In this document: one piece after another, positions 20,919 to 33,317 of the stretch
Numbering within the stretch: the first letter of the stretch is position 1
Layout: every line of letters begins with the position of its first letter
DNA from: an uncultured Chloroflexia bacterium
GTDB taxonomy: Bacteria; Chloroflexota; UBA6077; JACCZL01
NCBI GenBank assembly: GCA_963765765.1
Contig: CAVXYC010000010.1
Location: forward strand, 1-64,000
Direction: 5' to 3'
DNA length: 64,000 nt
Notes under the pieces: model-generated
Told to the model about the DNA's origin: nothing
The model's database searches: none
The model's input: only the letters and a program-made list of their open reading frames with translations
Program-made: the position numbers and the translations under genes

Positions 20919-22711
20919 GTGAGCGCAGTCAATATCGAACCGTATCTCCGAGCTCGAGCAGCGGCCGGTCCGTCATTCCGTAGCGACGGTGCCAGAATGG
21001 CCTACCGTTCAAACGAGAGTGGCGTTACTCAGCTCTGGGAGCTGGACCTCCAATCCCGAACGGCCAGTCAGCGAACTGATGGCGATCGCGTGATGTTTGC
21101 CGAGTACTCGCCCGCCGGCGACGCACTCGTCTACGGGACAGACAGCGGTGGAAACGAGCGTTGCCAGCTCCATTTTCGTGCGTCTGATGAGGCCGCGGTT
21201 CTCCCGCTCACGAACAATCCAGAAGTGATCTACAACTGGGGTGGCTGGAGTCCGGACGGACGCGCAATAGCCTACTCCGCCAACGAGCGTGACCAGGCGT
21301 ATCTTCGACGTCTATGTCAGAACCGTTCCAGAAGGTCAGCCCACGCGAGTACTCCAGCACGATGGCAACAACTACGTGGTTGCCTGGTCGCCAGATGGCA
21401 GCTCGTTGATCGTCAGTCGGCCGACGAGTCTGGTGAACAACGATCTCTATCTGATTCGGCTAGACGGTAATGAGCCTCGCCATCTCACTCCACACGATGG
21501 TGATGCTCGGTTCAGCGCCGTGTACTGGCGTCCAGGAATGGATGAGCTTATTCTGACGACGGATCTGGAGCGAGGACGTCATGCGCCTGGTGACGATGGA
21601 TATCGCTACTGGCTCCATGCGCATTCTGGCTGAGCCGGAGTGGGGCGTCGAGGCCGCCCGCCTTTCGCTCGATGGCCGATTGTTGGCATGGCGAACCAAC
21701 GAGGATGGCTATTCCCACTTGCGGATCAGGGACCTGGAGATGTCAAGAGGACCGCACGTACCCATCGATTCCCACGAGGTGTTTTGAGCGAGACCTGCTG
21801 GTCGCCTGACGGACGGCGGTATGCGTTGAGTTTGAGCATTCACAATCAGAACTCGGATGTCTGGCTGCTTGATGTGCAGAGTGGTGACGTCGACAGGCTC
21901 ACTGAAAGCTCCATCGCCGGACTCGATCCGTCGTCCTTTGTTACGCCGGAGCTTGTGCACTACCCCAGCTTCGATGGTTTGGAGGTGCCGGCGTTCTTGT
22001 ACCGACCCCGTGGAGTGGAAGGGCCTCTGCCAGTGATCGTCTCGGTCCATGGCGGACCGGAGTCTCAGGAGCGTCCAGGCTTCAATGCCGTGTTCCAGTA
22101 CTTCGTGGCGCGTGGATTCGCCGTTCTGGCGCCCAATGTTCGCGGCAGCACTGGATACGGACGCGCGTACACGCATCTGGATGACGTCGAAGCGTCGCAT
22201 GGATTCCGTGGCGGACCTGCGTGCGGCGTGGGAATGGCTCGTCGCCAGCGGCGTGGGGCACAAGGAATCCATTGCTATTATGGGCGGCAGCTATGGCGGA
22301 TTCATGGTCCTCGCCGCGTTGGTCAACCAACCAGACCTGTGGGCGGCCGGCGTGGACATTGTCGGCATTGCCAACTTCGTAACGTTTCTGGAGAACACGG
22401 GCGCCTACAGACGCAAGCTGCGAGAGTCAGAGTACGGCAGCCTCGAGGACAATCGCGAATTCTTGGAGCGAATCTCACCCATTCATGGCATCGACCGCAT
22501 CAGCGCGCCGCTGATGGTTATCCACGGCGCCAACGATCCGCGCGTGCCCGTCGGTGAAGCAGAGCAGATTGTCAGTGGTTTGCGTGAGCGCGGCGCGCCG
22601 GTTAATTACATGCGATTCGAAGATGAGGGCCACGGTCTCGTGAAGTTGCAGAATCGTCTCATTGCTTACCCGGCGATCGCGGAGTTTCTTGAAAGCGTGC
22701 TAACCGATTAG
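20919..22711 (+). CDS. S9 family (prolyl oligopeptidase-like) peptidase; several frameshifts
   Basis: Beta-propeller WSPDG repeats, HGGPE, PNVRGSTGYG, GGSYGG, GANDPRV, DEGHG. Confidence 0.93.
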
Positions 22712-22752
22712 GGACGGGTCCACCGAAGGAGGCTGAACCTCGCCGTCCTCCC

Positions 22753-24485
22753 TCACTCCAACCCGCTGGCCCACGCGGAGACGTACTGGTTGACGCCGCC
22801 GGTCAGCATTCCCGTGTCGGCGTTGATCATAATCCCATTTGGGCGGGCAAATTGCGAAGCGGTGAAGAGCTCATCGCGGACCTCCACCGTGTGGCCGCGC
22901 CCGCGTAGCGCTGCCACAACATCTGGGTCGATGCGACTATCCGCGTAAAGCGTCTCTGACTCGCAATGGACTCGTGGAAAAGTCACGGCCTCCTGGATGC
23001 CCATGCCAAAGTCCACCACGTTTACGATGGACTGCATAACCCCGCTCATGATCTTACGTCCGCCTGGCGCGCCAATGGCGAACCAGGGCACCTCATCTTT
23101 GAATACCAATGTTGGTGAGGGAGCGATGAGCGTTCGTTTGCCCGGCGCAATTGAGTTGACATGTCCAGGAACGGGGTCGAACCAGGTCATTCCATTGTTG
23201 AGAAGGATGCCTGTTCCTTCCACAACCACACCGCAGCCAAATCCCGCGCCCAGCGTTGATGTCAGCGCCACCATGTTCCGCTGCTCGTCGATCACGGTGA
23301 TGTGGGTGGTGCAGGTAGCGTCGGCACCCACTGACCGTTGGACGTCAACGGAACCGTTCACGCCGGCCTGAAACGCCCACGGATCACCAGCCTTGATGTT
23401 AGGCGTCGCCTGATCTCGATCGATCTGGTCCGCCAGCGCCCGCGCATAGTCCTTAGACATCAAGCCATCCCAGGGAACTTGAGTGAATTCCGGATCGGCA
23501 AGATGCGCGAAACGGTCCAGGAATGCTCTCCGCTGAGCTTCAGCAAGAAGGTGGTAGGCGTCCGCTGAGCCTGGCCGAAGGCTGAAGAGGTCGAAGTTCT
23601 CGATGATATTCAGGGCTTGATAGGCGGTCATGCAGCCCGCAGTTTGTGGCACGCCCACGAGCCTCGAGCCTCGATAAGTAGTCTGCGAGTCCGCCGTCTT
23701 GAAATCGAGGCTGGTAGGCGGCCAGATCACTCTCCTGAATGATGCCACCCTGCGCCTGCAGGAATGCGGCGATGGTGCGGGCTATGTCACCGCGGTAGTA
23801 CGCATCTACACCGCCGTCAGCGATAGTCCGAAGTGAGCGCGCGAGATCGGGCTGCCTGAACAGATCCGACGGCTCGCCACCCACAAACGGTCGATAGGGC
23901 GTTCCATCGGGATGAAAGTAGATCGCCGTAGTGCTCGGAAACGGGCGCAGTCGAGCGGCAGCGAACGCGGTCGTGCTGGCGATATACCAATCAAGATCCA
24001 CGCCATCGGCGGCCAACTTATTGCCGGTTCAAGAATTCGTTGCCGTGGCAACGAACCGAATCTCTCGAGCGCCATAAGCAACGCGGCAGGAGTCCCGGGT
24101 ACGCACGGCGAGCGATAGCCCGTGTTGTGCTCGTCGTCGCGAGTTGCGGGCCAACCATACATACCTGCCACCGCGTCAGAGTCAAGAAGCTCGAACATAT
24201 CAGCTCTGGCGTTAGACGGGGCGGTTGTGCTGCCATCGATTGTCCAGGTCCGGCCTGCTCTCGGCATTGTAAGCCGACCATGCAACAGACGCCGCCGAGC
24301 CCGCTCATGAACGGCTCGACGACACCGATGCTGAAAGCCGTGGCTACAGCGGCGTCGACGGCATTGCCTCCATCTCGAAGGACGTCTGCGCCTGCCCGCG
24401 CAGCGAGTGGATGCATCGCCGTAACCATGCCGCGTCGTGCGGTGGCTTCTCGCTTCGCCACGATCCATGCTGATTCCGTGGGCAT
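22753..24485 (-). CDS. ggt: Gamma-glutamyltransferase family protein; frameshifted
   Basis: GGNAVDAAVA, VVEPFMSGLGG, VPGT, QPDLARSL, TTHITVID, LLNNGM, PGKR, GAPGG. Confidence 0.92.
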
Positions 24486-24606
24486 GAGTGTGCTGTTTTT
24501 GCACTGAGTGCTTGGTGTGCTAAGGCACGCTGACTGCCCAATCTTAGGACACGCGCGGTATACTTGGCGGCACCTTATTCCCGTTAATATTGGAAGGCAC
24601 CAGGCC

Positions 24607-25143
24607 ATGACTGCACCTGATCGCGATACGCTTGCTCGAAATCTTGTGGACGCCGCGTATCTCCGCGGACATTTCGTCCTGCGGTCGGGAAAGACCAGCA
24701 ATTATTACTTCGATAAGTATCTTTTCGAGACGCGCCCTGACTTGCTGGGCGGTGTCGCCGATCTTATGGCGCAGATGCTGCCTCCAGACGTCGATCGGCT
24801 TGCAGGTCCTGAGCTTGGCGCGGTGGCGCTGGCCGCGGCGGTATCGCTCGCTTCAGGCGTACCGTTCGTCATCGTTCGCAAAGGCCAGAAAGATTACGGA
24901 ACCAATAAAGCGATCGAGGGCGTCATCAACCCGGGTGAGCGAGTTGTGCTGCTAGAGGACGTGCTGACCACGGCTGGCGAAGCGCTTCGAAGTGCCGAAG
25001 TGCTCAAAGAAGCAGGTGTCAAGGTGGTCGGCATCATTGGCGTCGTGGATCGAGAAGAGGGCGCCGAAGCCAATGCCACGGCCGCCGGGTACCCTCTGTC
25101 GTCCGTCTTTCGACGGTCCGAGTTGGAGAGCTATCTCACATAG
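24607..25143 (+). CDS. pyrE: Orotate phosphoribosyltransferase
   Basis: GHFVLRSGKTSNYYFDK, VRK..KDYGT, VLLEDVLTTAG, VVDR. Confidence 0.93.
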   Translation: MTAPDRDTLARNLVDAAYLRGHFVLRSGKTSNYYFDKYLFETRPDLLGGVADLMAQMLPPDVDRLAGPELGAVALAAAVSLASGVPFVIVRKGQKDYGTNKAIEGVINPGERVVLLEDVLTTAGEALRSAEVLKEAGVKVVGIIGVVDREEGAEANATAAGYPLSSVFRRSELESYLT

Positions 25144-25168
25144 TCCCGCGCGACAGAGTTGAGGGGGA

Positions 25169-27204
<2,036 letters not shown>

Positions 27205-27533
27205 TTAGCACTCCATCGTGCAAGCTGTGGGCCAAGAATATTTGGTCGTTAAGCATTTCGCACCCCATTGTGCAAGCTGCGCGCCAAGACTAGTGTCGGT
27301 TGGGTCGCAAGTCAATCGGCTCCTGCCGTTGAACGCGGCCATTCTATTGAGTGTGCCTTGACTGTGACGGATTATTGGCGAGGCATCGTTGTGACGGGGT
27401 TAACTCAAGGTTGATTTGGTCTCCCACTGATTGGTGTGACAAATCCTCTGGATTTGCCTTGCATTCATTCCAAACGTGCAACCGCTCAGGGATGGATGCC
27501 GTTCTATGAGGAGACAACGATTGACGGATTATC

Positions 27534-27986
27534 GTGAAGACTCGTATGCTCCGCGCCGTGTTTGCGTTCGCGATCAAGGATGATCGTTTCTGGCGGATTG
27601 CGCCCCTTGCTGGTGCAATGCTTCTGGCCTTAGTGGCGTCAGGTCCTGCCTATGCTCAATCACGTTCCCCACGCGTGACGATCATTGAGTTGGACTCAGA
27701 ACCCGTAACAGAGACATGGCGCTACCAGCCCGCCACCCTCACGGTGTTCGCGGACACCAAGGTTACCTGGCTCAATACCGGACGCGGATACCACACCGTG
27801 ACTTCACCCGAGGGCCTTTTCGACTCCGGCTTCCTCGAGAGCGGCTCGGAGTGGTCCTATACATTCGCGACACCCGGTGTCTACAATTATTTCTGTGTGC
27901 CTTATCCGTGGATGAAGGGCACCGTCATAGTTCGCGAACCGCACCGGACCCCCCGGTCCGAATTAGCCATCGATTTCACCCGATAA
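27534..27986 (+). CDS. Cupredoxin (plastocyanin/amicyanin-like) domain protein, secreted
   Basis: YQPATLTV, VTWLN, HTVTS, FDSG, PGVYNYFCVPYPWMKGTVIV. Confidence 0.88.
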   Translation: MKTRMLRAVFAFAIKDDRFWRIAPLAGAMLLALVASGPAYAQSRSPRVTIIELDSEPVTETWRYQPATLTVFADTKVTWLNTGRGYHTVTSPEGLFDSGFLESGSEWSYTFATPGVYNYFCVPYPWMKGTVIVREPHRTPRSELAIDFTR

Positions 27987-28255
27987 TCGGGCTCACAAAC
28001 GCCCTTCCTTGGCGGTCCGTGAAGCCTGCGCCGCGTGAGCAATCACGATGGCGACCGAGGCAGGGTCAGAGGCATTCATTCTCGGTGATGAAACGCTTTG
28101 GGCGAACGGTAGGTTGCTTTTCGGGCGTATCCAGCACCGGAAGCATTCGGGAAATTCCTTGACGATCTGAAATCGGGTCCAGAAAATGTGGTTACTCACG
28201 CCAAGCCCGCGGCGCAGTCGAGCGCCTTTGACGGGTTGTGCGAAAGGACAGCCGC

Positions 28256-29464
28256 ATGCGATTGGGCCCACTGTTCATCGGATTCATGGCGCTACTTACG
28301 GCGTGCTCGTCCCCCGCCCCATCTCCTACTGCGGCCCCTAAGGTCACGGAGGCTACAAAGCCGGCCGCCGCCGCGGCCTCACCGGCAGCCTCCCCCACGG
28401 TCAGTGCATCGCCCGCGGCCGCGCCCGTAGCTTCCCCGGTGGCCTCACCTGCAACCAGCAGCGGCCCATCGGCAGTCCCGGTTCGCGAGTTCAACGAGTC
28501 GGCGGTGGCTGACTTCTATCGCGGTAAGACGTTCACAATTGTCGTGAGCTCGAGTGCGGGCGGCGGATACGACTTGTATGCGCGCTCGCTAGCCAGGCAC
28601 ATTGGCCGGTTCATTCCAGGGAACCCCACCGTGATCGTCCAGAACATGCCCGGCGCGGGTGGAATCGTGGCCGCAAACACGGTGTTTACGGGCACGCAGG
28701 ATGGCACGACCATCGCCGCATTCTCGCGCGGCTTGCCGGCCGAAGAGCTCTTCGGCACTGAAGGCGTTCGTTTCCGGGCGAATGAATACAAGTGGCTCGG
28801 AAGCATGAACGATGAAGTCAGTGTCTGCGCGGCCCGGGGCGATTCACCGGTTAAGAAATTCGAAGACATGTACACCACGGAGCTGCTCGTTGGTGGTACG
28901 GGCGCGGGTGCCGATACTGATTACTTTCCACAAGTTCTGAATGCGCTTCTCGGTACGCGTTTTCGCATTGCCTCCGGCTATCCAGGTGGGAACGAGATCA
29001 ATCTCGGCGTTGAGCGAGGAGAGCTCCAGGGGCGCTGTGGCTGGTCATACTCATCCGTCGTCAGCACGCGTGCTGAGTGGTTCAAGCAGCCGCCGTTCAT
29101 GCATTTGCTCGTTCAGATGGCGCTCAAGAAGCACGCAGACATTCCAGATGTCCCGCTCGTTGTCGACTTCGCAAAGACTGATGAACAGCGTCAGCTCCTA
29201 AGAGTCGTATTCTCGCGACAAACCATGGGGCGCCCATTCGCGATTCCTCCTCAAGTGCCGCCGGATCGTGTGGCCGCTCTGCGCACGGCGTTCGACAAGA
29301 CAATGCGCGATCCTGAATTTCTCGCCGAAGCTGATAAAGCAAAGCTCGAAGTCAATAATCCAGTGACCGGCGAAGAGGTGCAGGCAGATCGTTGCTGAAG
29401 TATTCGAGTTCCGCCAGACCTCGCCAAGAAGCTGGCGGATATCCAGGTGGAGGGCGGATCTTAG
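28256..29464 (+). CDS. Tripartite tricarboxylate transporter substrate-binding lipoprotein (TctC/Bug); frameshift near 29385
   Basis: LTAC lipobox, FYRGKT, AGGGYDLYAR, NMPGAGG, GYPGG, ERGE. Confidence 0.92.
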
Positions 29465-29492
29465 TCTCCTCACACTGAATTCCTGCCCCGCG

Positions 29493-29614
29493 GGACCGCC
29501 GACATCCTGTCGGCCTGGCCCCCTCGAAAGGCCGCCGACAGACGCATTGCGTCCGGATGTGACAGTGTCCGCCGGCGGCCCTCAGGGGCCGGGCCGACAG
29601 GATGTCGGCGGTCC
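29493..29614. repeat. REP-like long inverted repeat
   Basis: GGACCGCCGACATCCTGTCGGCC ... GGCCGACAGGATGTCGGCGGTCC. Confidence 0.8.
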
Positions 29615-29683
29615 TATTGAATGCGCCGAGGTCAAATCTGGACGCTGCTGGTTACGGTGGTAGCATCTTGAAGTGACAGCGTA

Positions 29684-29759
29684 CTGCTGAGTAGCAGACG
29701 CGAGTCAGACGGACTGGAATTACTTAAGGGACCGCTTGGATCCATCGTGACCGAGACGG
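29684..29759 (+). ncRNA. pan-motif-like cis-regulatory RNA (two stems, each with a bulged A)
   Basis: CTGCTGA/TCAG[A]CGG (29684-29712) and CCGCTTGG/CCGAG[A]CGG (29732-29759) in the 5' UTR of a pantothenate operon. Confidence 0.7.
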
Positions 29760-29782
29760 AACGGAATGGCCGACTTACATAG

Positions 29783-29816
29783 CGCCTGGCGGCTACGCTT
29801 GCCGAGGCGTTTTATT
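29783..29816 (+). terminator. Leader terminator (attenuator) before coaX
   Basis: CGCCTGGCGGC-TAC-GCTTGCCGAGGCG followed by TTTTATT. Confidence 0.65.
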
Positions 29817-29836
29817 GTGCCATCGGGACTACCCAG

Positions 29837-30607
29837 GTGTTGATTGCGTTCGACGTAAGCAACACCCGGGTGGGCGTCGGCCTCTTCGACGGTGAGCGGC
29901 TAACTCAGTCGTTCAGCATGTCAACAGACCTGCGTCGAACTCCGGATGAATACAGTGCACTCCTGGGAGCGATGCTCTCAGAGCGACGGGTTTCGTCAAG
30001 CTGCATTTCCTCCGCTGTCATCGGATCGGTGGTCCCGCCGGTCACCGATGCCTTTGCTCAGCTTTGTTCACGTAGTCTTGACGTTCAGGCACTTTGCGTC
30101 GGTGCCGGCACCCGTACCGGGATCCGTATCGCGACTCACAACCCGCGTGAGCTTGGAACAGATCGAGTCGTGAACGCGGTAGCGGCGCACAGGCTCTATG
30201 GCGGACCGTCCATCGTTGTCGACTTCAGCACCGCAACCTCATTCGATGTTGTGGGTGTCGATGGCACTTACATGGGCAGTGTGATAGCACCTGGTCTGAC
30301 ACTCTCCGCCGAGGCGTTGTTTGAGCACACGTCCCGCCTCCCTCGGGTGGATCTGATGATGCCGCGTGTCGTCGTGGGAAAGGACACTACGTCCGCTCTG
30401 CAGTCTGGCCTGGTCTTTGGACACATCGCAATGGTTCGCGGAATGATCGGACGGATTCGGGCGGAGACCGGCCTCGAAGGATCAGTGATTGCGACCGGTG
30501 AGTTCGCGACGCTCGTTGCCGGAGAAGCACCCGAGATCAGTCATCTCGAGCCTGATCTCACCCTCATCGGTCTGCGCCTCATTTATGAGCTCAATCATGA
30601 CCGGTAG
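29837..30607 (+). CDS. coaX: Type III pantothenate kinase
   Basis: DVSNT, SVVP, ELGTDR, VVDFSTATSFD, IAPG, ATG. Confidence 0.95.
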   Translation: MLIAFDVSNTRVGVGLFDGERLTQSFSMSTDLRRTPDEYSALLGAMLSERRVSSSCISSAVIGSVVPPVTDAFAQLCSRSLDVQALCVGAGTRTGIRIATHNPRELGTDRVVNAVAAHRLYGGPSIVVDFSTATSFDVVGVDGTYMGSVIAPGLTLSAEALFEHTSRLPRVDLMMPRVVVGKDTTSALQSGLVFGHIAMVRGMIGRIRAETGLEGSVIATGEFATLVAGEAPEISHLEPDLTLIGLRLIYELNHDR

Positions 30608-31496
30608 TCCGTCGGTGCGGATCGGGATTCTGGGCATGGGGCGTATGGGCTCATTTCTAGCTCGTGCGCTAGCCCGATCCGGGCAGGATGTGACCGCCGT
30701 TTGGTCGCGCGATTTCGATCACGCGGAGGATGTCGCCCAATCGATTCCACGCTGCCGCCCAACCGTCATTCCCCAGAGCGCGGTTGACAACGCGGACCTG
30801 ATATTCATCACCACTCCGGATGCCGTGATTGAGCCGTTCGCTTGCTCTTTGGCCTGGTGGCGCGGGCAATCGGTCGTCCACTGCAGTGGGGCGTTGGATC
30901 GGCAGGTTCTATCCACGGCTGCCGAGGTAGGTGCAGACACCGGCTGCTTCCACCCCCTGCAATCGATCACCGAGGCGAGCGCACCAGACGCCCTGAAGGA
31001 TGTAGCCATCGCCATCGAGGCCCAGCGTCTCATGAAGGACCGGCTTGCCGACATCGCGCGATCCCTGGGTGCCCGACCAGTTACGTTGGAGCCGGGTAGC
31101 AGGGCTCGCTATCACGCTGGAGCGACCATGGCCAGCAACTATCTCGTGACCCTGGCGAGCTGCGCTTCGGAGCTCCTGCAATCCGCGGGACTTTCACGTG
31201 CTGACGCGATCGACGGGCTGGTCTCGCTCATGCGCGGCTCGCTGGAGAACGTCGCATCTCTCAGCCCTGCGAACGCGCTCACTGGTCCTATCGTCCGAGG
31301 CGACATTGTCACGGTCCAGCGACACCTCAAGGCACTGGCCAGTAATCCTGAGATCGCAGATATCTATCGATGTCTTGGCCGACAAACCGTCGCACTTGCT
31401 GAGGAGAGCGGGCGACTCGATCTCGAGCGGTCCAGACGACTTTTCCAAATACTCGGCGAATACCATTCGCATGAAAGGACGGCGCCATGCGCCTGA
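30597..31496 (+). CDS. Rossmann-like/DUF2520 protein, probable PanG-type ketopantoate reductase
   Basis: GMGRMG, TTPD, HCSG, FHPLQS, YHAGATMASN, LTGPIVRGD; lies between coaX and panB. Confidence 0.88.
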   Translation: MTGSPSVRIGILGMGRMGSFLARALARSGQDVTAVWSRDFDHAEDVAQSIPRCRPTVIPQSAVDNADLIFITTPDAVIEPFACSLAWWRGQSVVHCSGALDRQVLSTAAEVGADTGCFHPLQSITEASAPDALKDVAIAIEAQRLMKDRLADIARSLGARPVTLEPGSRARYHAGATMASNYLVTLASCASELLQSAGLSRADAIDGLVSLMRGSLENVASLSPANALTGPIVRGDIVTVQRHLKALASNPEIADIYRCLGRQTVALAEESGRLDLERSRRLFQILGEYHSHERTAPCA

Positions 31497-32341
31497 CGAC
31501 AACCAAGCTCAAAGACATGAAGCGCGATGGCGAGCGGATTGCCATGCTGACCGCGTACGACTACCCGACCGCGAGTGTTCTCGACGAGGCAGGAGCCCAT
31601 GTGCTCCTCGTCGGCGATAGTCTCGGGGTCGTTGTGTATGGCTACGAGACGACACTTCAGGTGACCCTGGAAGACATCCTGCGCCACACCGGCGCCGTGG
31701 TGCGCGGAAGCAAGTCAGCTCTAGTCGTGGCCGACATGCCGTTCCTTACATACCAGGTCACGATAGAAGAAGCTGTTCGCAACGCCGGCCGTCTCCTCCA
31801 GGAGGGTGGCGCCCACGCGGTAAAGCTGGAAGGTGGCGTGACGATGGCGCCAACGATTCGGCGACTCGTCGATCTAGGCATACCGGTCATGGCGCATATT
31901 GGGCTCACGCCTCAGTCCGTCAATCAGCTCGGGGGATATCGTGTGCAAGGTCGGACACCCGAGATCGCGGCCAAGCTGCTCATGGATGCGCAAGCTGTCC
32001 AGGAAGCAGGCGCATTTGCCGTGGTGGTAGAGTGCGTGCCGGCGCCACTGTCGGCGCTCATCAGCCGTAAGCTCGATATCCCCACGATCGGAATTGGCGC
32101 CGGGGCCGGCTGTGACGGCCAGGTGCAGGTTATTCATGACATGCTCGGGCTGTTCAATGATTTCATTCCCCGCCACGCTAAGCGATATGCGGAGCTGCGC
32201 GACGTGGTTCGCGACGCGGCGAAGCAGTACATTGCCGACGTTCAGTCCGGCGCATTTCCCACGGACGCTCAAAGCTTCACCATGAACGAATCGATCCTGG
32301 ACGAGCTTCGGTCCGACGAGCAGATCCGCGCGCCAGCCTGA
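31487..32341 (+). CDS. panB: 3-methyl-2-oxobutanoate hydroxymethyltransferase
   Basis: MLTAYD, LVGDSLG, DMPF, VKLEGG, HIGLTPQ, TIGIGAG..CDGQV. Confidence 0.98.
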   Translation: MRLTTTKLKDMKRDGERIAMLTAYDYPTASVLDEAGAHVLLVGDSLGVVVYGYETTLQVTLEDILRHTGAVVRGSKSALVVADMPFLTYQVTIEEAVRNAGRLLQEGGAHAVKLEGGVTMAPTIRRLVDLGIPVMAHIGLTPQSVNQLGGYRVQGRTPEIAAKLLMDAQAVQEAGAFAVVVECVPAPLSALISRKLDIPTIGIGAGAGCDGQVQVIHDMLGLFNDFIPRHAKRYAELRDVVRDAAKQYIADVQSGAFPTDAQSFTMNESILDELRSDEQIRAPA

Positions 32342-32343
32342 TC

Positions 32344-33228
32344 ATGCGCATCGTCACGACGCTATCCGAGGCGCGTCGGTGCCTGGAGGCACTGCCGCGG
32401 CCTCATGGGCTCGTGCCTACGATGGGCTACTTGCATGAGGGACATCTCAGTCTAGTTCGCCGCGCCCGAGCCGAAAACGCGGTCGCAGCGGCAACGATCT
32501 TCGTGAACCCTACCCAGTTTGGCCCGAATGAAGACCTCTCCACATACCCGCGTGATATGCCGCGCGATCTTGCGCTGCTCGAGACTGAGGGTGTGCAAAT
32601 CGTGTTTACCCCCTCGGTCGAGGAGATGTATCCGCCGGGAGGAGAGACAGTAGTCTCTGTTGGAGCTCTCAGCCGCAAGCTCGAGGGAGTGGCGCGTCCA
32701 GGGCATTTCGATGGCGTGGTAACCGTCGTGACAAAGCTCTTTCACGTCATGGCGCCAGATCGTGCCTATTTCGGTCAGAAGGATGCGCAGCAGACAGTTG
32801 TTATCAGGCGCATGGTACGGGACCTCCGGTTTCCGGTTGAGATCGTTGTTTGCCCGACCGTTCGGGAGTCAGACGGCCTGGCATTGAGTAGCCGAAACGC
32901 GTACCTCGACACCCAGGAGCGCGGGGCTGCATTGGTGCTCTCCCACGCGCTCGTGCGGGCTCAAATGCTCCACGCGAAGGGTGAGCACAGCGCCGAGCGC
33001 ATTCGATTGGAGATGCTCTCGATTCTGCGAGACGAGCCGCTTGCAGACGTGGACTATGTGAGCGTGGCCGATCCCGAAACATTGGATGAGCAGCTTTGTT
33101 CCGGAGCCGGCTCGCTGGTCTCGCTCGCAGTGCGGATCGGTCGGACGCGTTTGATCGACAATGTTGTGCTGGGTGTGACTCCCGATCTCATCGATGACGT
33201 CCGCACAATCGCCTACCGCACGCGCTAG
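32344..33228 (+). CDS. panC: Pantoate-beta-alanine ligase
   Basis: VPTMGYLHEGH, FVNPTQF, RPGHFDGV, FGQKDAQQ, LALSSRN, RLIDN. Confidence 0.98.
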   Translation: MRIVTTLSEARRCLEALPRPHGLVPTMGYLHEGHLSLVRRARAENAVAAATIFVNPTQFGPNEDLSTYPRDMPRDLALLETEGVQIVFTPSVEEMYPPGGETVVSVGALSRKLEGVARPGHFDGVVTVVTKLFHVMAPDRAYFGQKDAQQTVVIRRMVRDLRFPVEIVVCPTVRESDGLALSSRNAYLDTQERGAALVLSHALVRAQMLHAKGEHSAERIRLEMLSILRDEPLADVDYVSVADPETLDEQLCSGAGSLVSLAVRIGRTRLIDNVVLGVTPDLIDDVRTIAYRTR

Positions 33229-33317
33229 AATACCCGCAATGCTTCATGGCGCTGACGGGCTGGAATTCGGCTCTCCAGCGCCTTGTACGCGAATGTCGGA
33301 CCGATGGTGGAGGAGTC

